DNA of 64,000 nt from Tubulanus polymorphus (Eukaryota; Animalia; Nemertea), in assembly GCF_964204645.1 (NCBI RefSeq), contig NC_134026.1, positions 29,732,150 to 29,796,149 of the forward strand, given 5' to 3'. The notes under the pieces were generated by a model, which was given only the letters and a program-made list of their open reading frames with translations, made no database searches and was not told the origin of the DNA. Numbering within the stretch: the stretch's first letter is position 1; each line of letters opens with the position of its first letter. Shown one piece after another: positions 13,951 through 25,827 of the stretch. A program made the position numbers and the translations under genes.

Positions 13951-15217
13951 TGTAAGATTTTTTTGATAATGATGACGCACTCTAAAAATCCATATTTAAA
14001 CTAGTGTTTTATCTGATAACCGGATAAATCCAGTTATTCGTGTGTATTCAAGAAATATAAACATGTGAGGCTATTGTTTAACTCAAGATGATAAAGATAA
14101 TATAGGTCTAAGTCTGCTTGTAATAAAAATAGTTTAAGTAAATGCACAAATTGTTACCTCAAATGTGAACTATGCTCAACTATCGAAATAAAGCAATGAA
14201 TCTCTAACTGAGTGACAAAACGCTCAGAGTTTATCATGTTTATCCTAGATTTCGCGTGCTTGGTATCAATATTTAAACCCACAGTTTTGAGTTGAAATCA
14301 GTTCATTTTCAATAATGTTTAACTCTAGTCAAATTTAACTCACAACTGTGGAACTGGGCCCTTAAGTTTAAAACAGTTTCGAATAAGAGTCAGTCCCCGA
14401 TATATCGAAGGTGTTTTGATATGTATTTGTATCGAGATGTACATTGAGAAAACCTGGCGGTAGGTGGGGGTGGCGGTAAATGGGAGGGTGGTATATCGGG
14501 AGTGTACATATTGGAACCTCGCGATACAGCGAACTTCACGGAAAAAAGCTGAACACGAACAAATGCAAAGCGAAGTAACTAACATTGATGTAGGTCTCTG
14601 AAAAACGTCGATCACTCATCCTTCAAAGAATTTATCATTTGCACGATCTTGTTTCGATCTAATGGACCTTAAATCTGCAATTTCATTAATCGCTATTGTG
14701 CCTGGTTTCGAAAATAAATAGCATTCTCAATTAGCGAAATCTAATTTTGCTATCGCATATGATGAAACTTTCTTCCTTTGGTACAAAATAACTTCCGAAC
14801 GAAGCTTCGTTTCTCTCCGGAACTTTCAAAACATCCAATGCAGTAATAAAATCTCTAACTCTGTTGAATTTCACCGGAATGTGTCGCTTATTCATCAATT
14901 TAGTTAATTATTTTGTTTCCAAAGAATAGATGCGCTTTCACACGTATTCGGCCGTTTATTCATGCTTCACATACTTGCGCCGCACAACAAATGCCTATAT
15001 GCCATCTATCGGAAAATCAAGAAAAATAATTCCTACGCAGGGATCAAAACCCGATTGCATCAACTTTCAGCGGATTGTCAGAACGGGTTCGAAGAATATC
15101 ATCTATAGCTTTGAGTACATACGAAGAAAAATCTATATACACGATCTTTATTTCATAAAAAGAAATCCAAATGCAAATTTTTGCAGACATGATTTTATTT
15201 AGAAATTGAGAGCTACA

Positions 15218-16260
15218 TCAGAATAATTTGAGATGACCAGACACTTTGTCAATCATATCATTTGGACCTGAAAATAGAAAAAATAAAAGCCGCTTAAGTT
15301 AGCAACGCGATCTGTATGATTGATAAACAAGTTTTACATTATATCATTCTGAAACTCTTACCAGGTCCGATTCCTAACACAGTCTTTGAACCAGGAGCTA
15401 TTTGCGTTCTACCTGCATCTGATATCACAGTCGCTGATAATCCTAATTTACGCGCTTCTTTCGCTAATGATAATCTACAATTGAAACATTAAGATACATG
15501 TTTATCGATATAGATGTCTCCTCAAAAGTCATACAGGAATCATTTTCTTACAGAGCAGATTCTGTGTCTGTTTTTAATACGACTTTAGGTTGACCGTGCA
15601 CTTCCCATTGATGTAAAATTGCTGGATTTGTCTGCAGTAATTTTCGACAACAATTCACAGCAGCGTGTGAACACTGAAATTGAATAAAGTTCAAATATTC
15701 TTAGATACGTTTCAGCGATGTAAATATCCAACTTGAAACTAGATTTCATTTTGTTCCTGTTTTTTGTGTTTATGAACTCAGACTAAAAGCAGTTAAATCT
15801 AAGTCGCTCACAATCAAGAGAACTTAATTTCAAATAAAGGCTTCAATATGAAAATATTCAAATAGAGACTCTGGAGATTTGCAAAATGCCTGATATTTTA
15901 GAACCTTTTTTAACAATGTTATTACTCAAAATTTGAATCACCTGAGCTGCAACCTTTCCTTTTCCCATTTTCAGATCAGTGCGAACTACAATAACCATTT
16001 TATATTCTCCACTGGCAACATCCGAACACGGCTACGAAATAAACAAAATATGAATAAATATAAAGGGAACTGAATCAGTTCTAAAAACGTTGCGCTTGTA
16101 AAATGAAACTTACAGGATCTGACACCATAGCACCATTGTTTTTATTCAATTCCATCAGAACTCGACGTGACCTCACGAACCTTCCTTTTAGAAACCAGCC
16201 AATACACACACCACATCCTATACTAACAGCGGCTATTCCAAATACTGTATTTCTATCCAT
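15218..16260 (-). CDS. PTRH2: Peptidyl-tRNA hydrolase 2
   Basis: An N-terminal hydrophobic anchor is followed by [33 protein letters not shown] and [19 protein letters not shown]. Confidence 0.95.
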
Positions 16261-17102
16261 ATCAGAATAGTTCACCTAGTTTCAATTTTTTTAGAATCTG
16301 AAAAATACCATCAATACCGTAGATATAGATATCGTAGATATAGATTGATGATCAGGAACGAATGATTTGTTGCAATCATTTTGATCAAATTGCAAATCCA
16401 ATATCAATTATTAATTTTACGAGAAAGCACCAGTTGATTGGAAAAAGTACTGGGTCCAGTTTCACGAAAAAGTTTAAGCCTTAAAACGGTTTAACTTTTT
16501 CGTGAAACCGGGCCCAGATTACAAAGTACCAAAGCTCTACTACAATACAAAATACGAAGCGTACAAAATAATATCCCAATATCGCATAAAATACAAAATT
16601 GTACCAATAATTTTTATTCATTAAAGGCCTACAGGGATTCTGGCGTGGGTTAATGATACTGATTTTATCCATTCATTATCAATTGTGACAAGCCCCAGTG
16701 AGAGTGAAAGCGGTGGTAAATCTTTGAGGAAGTCACTTCCGGGTTTGGTTTTATGACTTTTTGTCTTGATTCTTAACATAGCAAATATTCAAAAAACATT
16801 CCGTCGATGCAAAACATCGGTATATATAAAAGGTAAAAGTCTTAGCATAATTAACTCAAATACCTTATAAAATAAAGTGACTAAAAAGGCTTTTTGTACC
16901 GGTATTCTTGCATATAAACTTTTTCGAAAATATGTTACATGCAGCTGTAATGATTTTTCAGATGCGTATTCGAATCCCAACGTAAAATGTAAGCCAGCGC
17001 TGGTGCTGCTACGCTGCATAGAAAACTTAACAGTACCGCGTATCCAAAGTGAAAGAACTTTTTCTCCTGATTACTCCATCCACGACTATTGAGCCACAGA
17101 AA

Positions 17103-18558
17103 ATGGCAAAGTATGATATAAGTATTGATGAAAGTTATCATGATTTGAAGCAATAATCTAACGATGATTTGGCCGTATATTTCTATTTCTAGTAACTCAT
17201 TGATTCAAGTTCAATTCAATTGTACAATTTCAAATTTCAGTAATCAAGAAATTTCGAATGTGTTGTCAAAGATTTGGCTGATGGATGAGAATCGTTGTGT
17301 GAACGGTGTTGATTATGAAATAGATATGCAAGGTAATTGATCAATCAAGCAATCGCTAATTGACGGGACAATTTATTTTCGAAACCAAACACATTGTCAT
17401 TGATTATTAAATTTCAGGTTATTTAAGGTCCACAAGAGTGAAACAAGATCGTGCAAATTATAACTTCTTTGAATGGATGAGTGATGAGGTTTTTCAAAGA
17501 CCTACATATAAATGTTAGTTGAATTGGTCGAACTTATTTCGATTACCGGTACTAGGAAGTAACAGCACAGTTTTCTACATTTATTTATTTATTCGTTTTC
17601 AGCCTTTTTAGCTCTTCTCGATAACTACGAAATGAAGACAGGAATTCCGGAAACTGTTACAAAGGAAGAAGAGAATGAAAATAGAAGATTCATCGATGCC
17701 ATCATGGAAACTAAAGTTATGCGATTGGCGCATGATTTTCTAGTGCAACAGCAGAAAGCCCCTAATGATGAAATGCAATTCAAGAAATTTGTGTACGACA
17801 TTTGGTTTAAAACATACAGACGAACACACGGTAACAGGTATTATTATACTGATAAACAAGTGAATTGTATCAAATCACTTCTAAGGAAATATTAAACAAT
17901 TTTTTTACGGTTCTGTAGGTCACGCGACTCATCTGGATTTGAACATGTATTTGTCGGCGAAATGAAAGGGGATGAGGATATTTTGGGTCTTCATAACTGG
18001 ATTCAGGTTTATCTACAGGAACGCAAAGGACTAATCAACTATAGAGGATACTATAAATGGGGGACGGTATGAAGAATTGAGTTATTATTATTATTGCTAT
18101 TTACCATATTTGGTGACTTTTTTAATAAATTATTGCACTAAAGCACTTGCATAAAACATTGACACGTGACTAACCATAAGCTTGGAAAAAGAATTGTTTT
18201 AAGAGCTGATCTAAAATGGTTGAAATTTTCAATATAGTGCGAGTTGTAAATGATATTGTGTTGAAATACTGCAGTAAATTATCATTGAGTATTTATCGAT
18301 TTATTTTAGGAAGATTCAGATGATCCTCGACTAGTTGCCGTCAATTTCTCCCTGGGAGATGCTGAAAAACCGATCGGAAGTTCATTCATGGGAACTAGTC
18401 CAGAGTTGGAGATGGCATTTTATACAATATGTTATCTTGTTAGTCCTTCGGCAGTAGTTACTGCTAATCTTGAAGATGGTTTAGTTGTAGACATAAATGT
18501 CCACAAAATCGGTCCCAACTTAGGGTCTGCATATCCTTCTAAACATAGAGACAGGTAA
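17103..18558 (+). CDS. ENDOU: Poly(U)-specific endoribonuclease (EndoU family), multi-exon
   Basis: It has [23 protein letters not shown] and [17 protein letters not shown], so the His/His/Lys catalytic set is present. No somatomedin-B domain is visible. Confidence 0.9.
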
Positions 18559-20399
18559 ATGTAAGACATCCTACATGAGCAATACAACGGTAGTCCATAT
18601 TGCATTACTTAAATATTTGACTGCTGAGTGTCAATTTACAACTCACAGTTTGTATATAAATCTTAACATATGTAACGAAAGCTTACATACTTGCATAAAT
18701 CAAACTCATTACATTAGCTCAATTACGTCAATGTGGTAATTGAGCTTCCAACTGGTTTCAAAAGATCGAATGTACTTAATTGTGTTAATATTGTAATCAT
18801 GCATTCAAAAATTTTGTTTAAGTTTACCATCACTAGATCTAGAGTTCTTCTATATATATTTAATCTATTTTAGCCTTTGTCAATTTATATATGGTATATA
18901 TAAGTATGTAATAAAAATGTACAAAGTAACGCGTATGATTTCAATTAAAAATCTTGTTACATTCATTGACTGGAGATGACTGCAGCTCCAATGTTCAGAT
19001 GGAAATAACCCTCATTTTCACAACAAATGGACAACAACATTAATTTTACAGCCAAAAACATTAATGTTTATTCGCAAAATAGATATAAATCTCACAGCTG
19101 CCAGTGTTATGAATGATGCTGCTATATCTAATATGACGTGGCTGTAATGTTGATTTCATTCCGTAGAACTGTAAAATTTGTCACATTGATTTTCAAAATG
19201 CACATTGGTCCACATTTTCAATACATATATGTATATATAATAAACTAAAAACAGTCAAGAGCACATAATTATGAAATCCCCGCATCACTTTAACAGTTAT
19301 CTAACTTTCGATTTCATCTGGATAGATCTATACCCGAAAGAATTAAAAGGAGACCATTAAATTTTCGTTACTGATCTTTTCAACCTAGATACACATCGCT
19401 ATTGTGATTATTCCATATGATTATAGCACTGGAAATGATATGTAAAATGTAATTTATGTGTGCATCGTAAAATAGCAACTAAATGATTAGTATAATATAT
19501 AGATAGATATAAAACCATAAATTATGACGCACAATATTACACAGGAAAGTTTTACATTGAATCGTTTAGCACAAAATTTCATAAATATATCGACATAAAT
19601 AATACAAAATAATACGTCATTGCAAAAATTTGCCATAATTTATTATAAATAGATTACAGTTAACTGTAAAAAGCTTTGAAGGAAGAGAAGGAGACATAAA
19701 TGTACATATCTGATGTATTTCATGATTCAAATCATGCATCAAACTGAAATGGTTGAATGTAGACTCACTCAAATCAGTGATAAAATCGACAGTTGCAAAA
19801 AAGACAAAACAAAAAAAACAAGCTGAAAAACATGTGTGATGATGATCCTCTATAAATTCTATTGCACTATTTTCATTTTATCTTTGCAAAGAGATTTAGA
19901 CTTCTTATCCAACAATGACGTATTTCTTTTACAAATTCTGGAGTCAGTTCCATATTTCTTGGTTAGGATTTAGGGTTCAAATCTATCAGAAATTAACTAA
20001 TTTCATGGAACTGGGTCCTGAGTATTTCTGTCCAAAAACATGCTTTGAGATTTTCTACAATACTTGATTTAACTTTTTCCAGTATTCATTTGAGTCTCTA
20101 AAGACTCTGCGTAAACACTGAAACCAACTTCATCAAAAATGCAAATTTTACAAAATATTCCTTATAAAATCATGTTTTATAAACATGTGAAAATGGTCAA
20201 ACAAATATTCCTTTCAGGGATAACACTTTAACATGTACAAGTTTGTTCCCAATTAGATAATCATTTCCAGATAACTGAAACATCCTTTTATCATATCCAA
20301 TCGTACAAGAGTGAATCCAAAACAGTTTTCCCTTTTATTCATAATTTGACGATGTAAACGTTTAATGATATTTCAGGATTTATCACAACAAAGGTGGCT

Positions 20400-21364
20400 T
20401 CATAACGAAGACTTTCGTAGAGGTTTATTTAAAAGTTTACCCCAAACTACGCTGAAAGGATGGGCATATATAGTTGGCTTGTTGTTGATGTCAACCATTG
20501 GTTTACTTTCGTTCGCCCATTTAAATAAGCTGCCTTCAAGATTATAGAAATCAATACTTGGTATGTCACGGTCACCTGAAGAACAAATACATCATATATA
20601 TCAGTTGAAAAATACCATTATAATGATTAATGCTTTTATTCATGTCGATGGAAATCGGATGTATATCTAACCTCTTTTAATTTTGGCGTATGTTTTAGAA
20701 AGTCTTTCTGCCATACGAGTAGATCTGTATCCTACACTACAGTAGCACACAATCGATAAACTCTTCTCTGTAAAATACGGTTTCATGTTACAACAGAAAT
20801 GACTATAAAGATTAGGGATCATTCTTTTATAACATATGTGTATTCAACGTATTCCTAATAAATAATCAATGAAATATGGATTGTTTACTGATCGATAAAA
20901 AGCCTAACCTTCATTATTTGCGATTATTTCTCTGAGAGTAGATGTAACCTCCTCTAAATCCGGATCAATACGGGTGGCATCTTTGATATGACTTACACGA
21001 TGTTCATTTTCTCCTCGAGTGTCCTTAAAAATGATCCATACAATATTTACTATAACACCTAAACCTACTCCTCAACGAACGGCTATCTTCCTTTGTTGTG
21101 TTTGAATTTTAGGGTGGAAAGCATGGAACTTTTATCATGAAACAAAAAAGATTAAAACGTTTTAAGGGTTGAAATCGTTCTTACCAACAAAATTATCTTA
21201 TTATTTCCATCGTCTACATCAGGACATGACCCATTTTGAATCCACGCGCACAGATTCTCTGTATTTATTTGATTTACAGTCGGAAATTTAGCTCTGACGC
21301 CGCTTAAAACCATTTTCATCGTGAAGGAAGTTCCGTTGTCGCCATCCTCGCTGTCTTCGGACAT
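20400..21364 (-). CDS. Single-domain rhodanese (sulfurtransferase-like) protein, 4 exons
   Basis: The spliced product contains LLDTRGENEHRVSHIKDA, the active loop CYCSVGYRS, YNLEGSLFKWANE and HPFSVVWG. Exon phases are compatible. Confidence 0.85.
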
Positions 21365-21574
21365 GTTTTCGTTAACTTACACAACCTTTGGTAAGAAATT
21401 CGTTCCTATAAGATCAGAATTGCTGCATTATTTTCGGGAATTCCCAAAATTAACAACGGATTTACTTCCTGTTAATTGGTTTATCTATCGAACACTGAGC
21501 GGCGCTGCGCGAGATATCAGCCAATCACAGCTCGGGAAATACATTATTTCCAATATGGTGGACACGAATCGAAA

Positions 21575-23831
21575 ATGACAGATTTTCAAAGAAAATACGA
21601 GCAAAATTCACCGAAATCCAGTCCTCGTGGAGGGTCTAGATCACCTGCAGTAATCAGACAGGATTCTACTGGAACTCTGCGTACTACTATCACGCTGGGA
21701 AAGAATCCTGCTGTTATTCCAAGTGGTCCTTTTTACCTGTTAAAAGAGGCACCGGGTACGTCTTGTAGTCTGGGTCCACTCCGTTCCACATTGATATTTA
21801 TCTCTATCGAATAGACCGAAGTATAAATCATCCTTTCTTTTTTCTACAGATGAATCCGAATTAACTGGAAGTACGAATTTGATGTCCCATTACAGTCTCG
21901 AGCATTCGTACAATAAATTCTGTGGCGGTAAAAAAGTGAAAGAAGAACTCAGTGCATTTCTACCTAATCTACCTGGAAATATCGATACACCAGGAATACA
22001 GGATAATAGGTGCATAAAATTAGAATCAAATAGAGCGTGTAATGTTAAACTTACATACTTTTATATGATTCATAATACGGTTCTATGCATATGGCATATT
22101 AACATCATTCTATTTCATATCAAATGCATTTATGTTGGGAACGGAAATTACTCGCCTTGTCATTTCTATCCAATCTAGGGATCATTCATTTATTACGTAC
22201 GCATAAAATTTGAATTTTTCAACCCCCCTCCCCCTCTGTACGCAAAATCAGCCATTTTTTCATATACGTTAAGCATTACAGTACACAATTGCACTGACCC
22301 CTCCCCCCTCCCCTAATGCGTACGTAATAAATGAATGGCCCCTTATGTTTCCAATTAAATTTCAAAAAGTCAATCAATTCATATTATATCTCGATTTATG
22401 TTGTCGAAGAGGAGAGAATCCCACAATGATAATAAAAAGTCCGAAAATGAAACTTCGAGATAGTAGTTTATTTCAACGTTTCGACTATATCCTAATAGCC
22501 ATCTTCAGGAATAATGAATAATCATTATTCCTGAAGATATATTCCGTTTCGACTATATCCTAATAGCCATCTTCAGGAATAATGAATAATCATTATTCCT
22601 GAAGATGACTATTAGGATATAGTCGAAACGTTGAAATAAACTACTATCTCGAAGTTTCATTTTCGGAATTTTTATTATCATTGTGGGATTCTCTCCTCAT
22701 CGCGTCAACATGGATATAGTGTTCTACCAATCGTGATTATGTTGTCGAAGTAAGATTTACGAATGCGCTGATGAATTTTTATAACAAATTGTGTGTATAT
22801 TGCAGTTCTCTGCGGTCAGTGATAGAGAAACCACCGGTAACTGGGAAAGAGATTCTACCATTATCTGGGGCTTCATTAGCCGGATTTAGGCTGCATCCTG
22901 GACCGGTAAGTATCGATCTTCACTACTGATATTCAATATCAGTGAAGATGTGTTTGGGAGTGAGGATTATTTTTCGTATTCTTTCTTTATAGCTTCCCGA
23001 ACAGTATCGTCTTATGAGTCAAATACCACAGAAAAAGAAACACAAATACAAGAAACATAAACGAGAAACAAGTAAAGAGGGTATTCCTACTGAGGGTATA
23101 GGAAAACCAGGTACGAATCCAAATCAATCTTTATTTACTGTTATACAACTTAACTGTTATGTAAGGCCAAAAAAAATTGATACCTTGTTTCTCCGCTCTG
23201 CTGAGCTTAAATGTTGACCCAGCCGGCCGCCTATCTACCCTATACATTACTTTTTTTAAAATCGTGATCAATTTCACCATAACAGACCCGGCCGCTATAG
23301 AAATGAACTGTTTATGAATTTTATCATATTTTACAAAAATGACCCGGCCGCTGCGGAGAAACAAGGCATCATTTTTGTTTAGCCTAACATGACTTAAGAT
23401 ATTTCTATTGAAAATGAATTATAAACAACTCTGCCCACTTCCAAAAAAGGGACTTTGCCAGTGACATATTCAATTGAAAATTTACTTCAAACAGCAAAGA
23501 GTTAATCATCGAGTTTTAACACTTCAAGTTCGGGCTGCATTTAACTGTGATATACAGTCATTGAAAAAAATGTATTTCTTATTTATACAGAACAAACTTC
23601 AGAATCTTACGAACGTAAGCATAAAAAACAGAAAAGAAGCGACGAAGAACGTGATCGAAAAAAGAAGAAGAAAGAAAAGAAAAAGAAAAAGGTAATCAAT
23701 TTATTTCAAGCGAGGACAAAATAAAGCATGAATATGATTATAATAATGCAGATGACTTGAAAAACTATTCTTGATTTCAGCAAAAACACAGTCCAGAACA
23801 CAACACAGATTCAAACTCACGCGTGACGTAG
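21575..23831 (+). CDS. MED19: Mediator subunit 19, multi-exon
   Basis: Motifs are GPFYLLKE, LTGSTNLMSHYSLEHSYNKFCG, LSAFLPNLPGNID and GFRLHPGP, with a Lys-rich C-terminus ending KHSPEH. Confidence 0.95.
22176..22345. mobile_element. MITE in a MED19 intron
   Basis: Inverted termini of about 28 bp (GGGATCATTCATTTATTACGTACGCAT / ATGCGTACGTAATAAATGAATGGCCCC) are flanked by TA, with internal CCCCTCCCC tracts. Confidence 0.75.
22396..22750 (+). mobile_element. Non-autonomous Penelope-like fold-back insertion with hammerhead motifs
   Basis: A 14-bp direct repeat TTATGTTGTCGAAG lies at 22396-22409 and 22737-22750. Between them are inverted arms of about 110 bp, a 38-bp unpaired tail (22699-22736) and hammerhead cores. 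Confidence 0.8.
22591..22640 (+). ncRNA. Minimal type I hammerhead ribozyme motif
   Basis: The motif reads UUC-CUGAAGA-U-GACUAU[UAGGAU]AUAGUC-GAAAC-GUU-GAA. An inverted copy is at 22467-22517 on the minus strand. Confidence 0.75.
23162..23386. mobile_element. MITE in a MED19 intron
   Basis: Imperfect inverted termini of about 35 bp (TAAGGCC...GATACCTTGTTTCTCCGC / GCGGAGAAACAAGGCATC...GCCTA) enclose repeated CCGGCCGC motifs. Confidence 0.7.
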
Positions 23832-24194
23832 AATACATTATCATTCATCATCAGTTACTGTGCTGTGTGAACTGTGTTACATCAGTTCAACATTTATCAG
23901 ATAGTTGTGCAGCTAGTGTTCTTCGCCTCATTTGGACAAACTGGGACCAGCAAAATGATCCGAGTAAAGGATCAGAAAATAAGCTAGAAAATCCGAAAAT
24001 CATTTAGTTTTTGACCGAGTTAGTGAAAAGTTGGACTTTTTGGAGCTAGGCGAGGTTAAACCGTTGTATCATTGTGCATATTCATCGCTATGATTAGTGT
24101 ATATGTATAAATCCTCGATGTAAATATATTAATATGAAATGTAAATAAAAATCTTTCTATAAAATGCTGATATTGTATTCGATTTCGATGGTTT

Positions 24195-25286
24195 CTATGA
24201 GAAATTTGTATATTCGATGATTTGTCCGGAGTTTGTTAGTTTCCGTAATACGTCGATCATATCACGACATCGATCCAGCGCAGGATAATCGTCGTTATGT
24301 TTTTCCAGTCCGTACGCGTTGATTATTTTACCCAGCGACAAAGATCTTTCACTTCGACGATGTCTACGGTGAAGTTCTTGTATGTCGATCCACGCGTGAA
24401 GGAAAGCGGGTAACTGAGCGTCGGATTGTTCACATTTCTCGTACAAAAGAACGTCGATATCATCACCTGTAGAAGAAATCGATCTGCTTCTGATGAAAGA
24501 AGATTAGTTGGATAGCACGTGTTCTAATCGATGTTTAAGTTCTAGTAATGAAATGAGAAATCCCACTTTTAAGAATTTATGAGAAATATTTCGCAATTGA
24601 TTCGAAAACCACGAACAACGGATTCGGAAAAGGACTTCTACTGAACAATCGTGCACAGATTGATGATGGCCGTTTGTCAGCAGAAACCTCCTTATTTATG
24701 ATTTGAAATATGAATTCAATAACTCAATGTCAGATGACATGATACCAATCACAATAGCCATACATGTTATCTCTTAATAATTTTGAGTGTGGCTTTTCAT
24801 GACCAAAGATGAGGAAGAAATGACAATAACAATTGATCATAAATTATTTGTTTCATATATCTAATAAACTATGACTTGAGATCAGATGATATGACTAATA
24901 TCAATAAGGTAATTTTGTTCTTTATCGCAGCATTTTAATTTCCTGGTTCATAGTTTACTTACAGTACATACAACGATATAGGGAGATAATCTAAACTTCT
25001 TACCCCAAGTAACGACAGCGAATTCATTCTCATCTGAACAGTGAACTTTAATCCAATTGAGCCAACTTTCAAATAATCTCATCGTCTCCTTCAAACGTGG
25101 TTTCGTAGCTAAAAGCGTCATATTTTTTGTCGGTCCAATTATATGATGAAATCTTCTTTTCTCAATTAAAGTTTCACCGTCGACTAAAAGGGCGACAAAT
25201 TCCACAATTTCAGCTGGAGTTACAGAATCCGTTAAATCTACGTCTATAAGTAAATAATTCTTGAATGACGGAGAGCTATGTTCCAT
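24195..25286 (-). CDS. ERI1/ERI3-like DEDDh exonuclease-fold protein with a degenerate active site, 2 exons (25286-25004, 24466-24195)
   Basis: YLLIDVDLT, EIVEF, FHHII, VVTWGDDID and WIDIQ match the ERI3 layout. The splice is in frame at phase 1. Confidence 0.75.
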
Positions 25287-25621
25287 CGTGCGGCCTAGGA
25301 TCGACTACGTATATATCTGTGACCAATATATCCGATTTATGTCATCATATGATTATTGATATTCACGTGTAAATAAATAGATATCATGAATCACATATAT
25401 ATCATTTGAATAAACGTATGTTTGAAAAACCTAAGATTTCATTGTAGATCGTATTGCCCGAAATTTCGTTCAGTAGTGAATAATATATAAATGTATATAC
25501 AAATTTGGCATTGGTTATGTAGGCCCCTATCTATGATCACGTGGGGTTAATCACTTAATTGTATTTCAAAATCCCAATTTACATCCGCTTTCAAACTGAG
25601 TTTTAGAACGATAGAAGCGAG

Positions 25622-25759
25622 ATGGTTTCGATCACGGTCTGTTGGTTATTTCTACTGATTTGTGCCACCTACGATTCAGTAAACGGTATCAGTATATACA
25701 AATATATAGAACAATGTTTTCTCGTAAAAATCTTTTTTCGAATTGTTATCTACAGGCGG

Positions 25760-25827
<68 letters not shown>

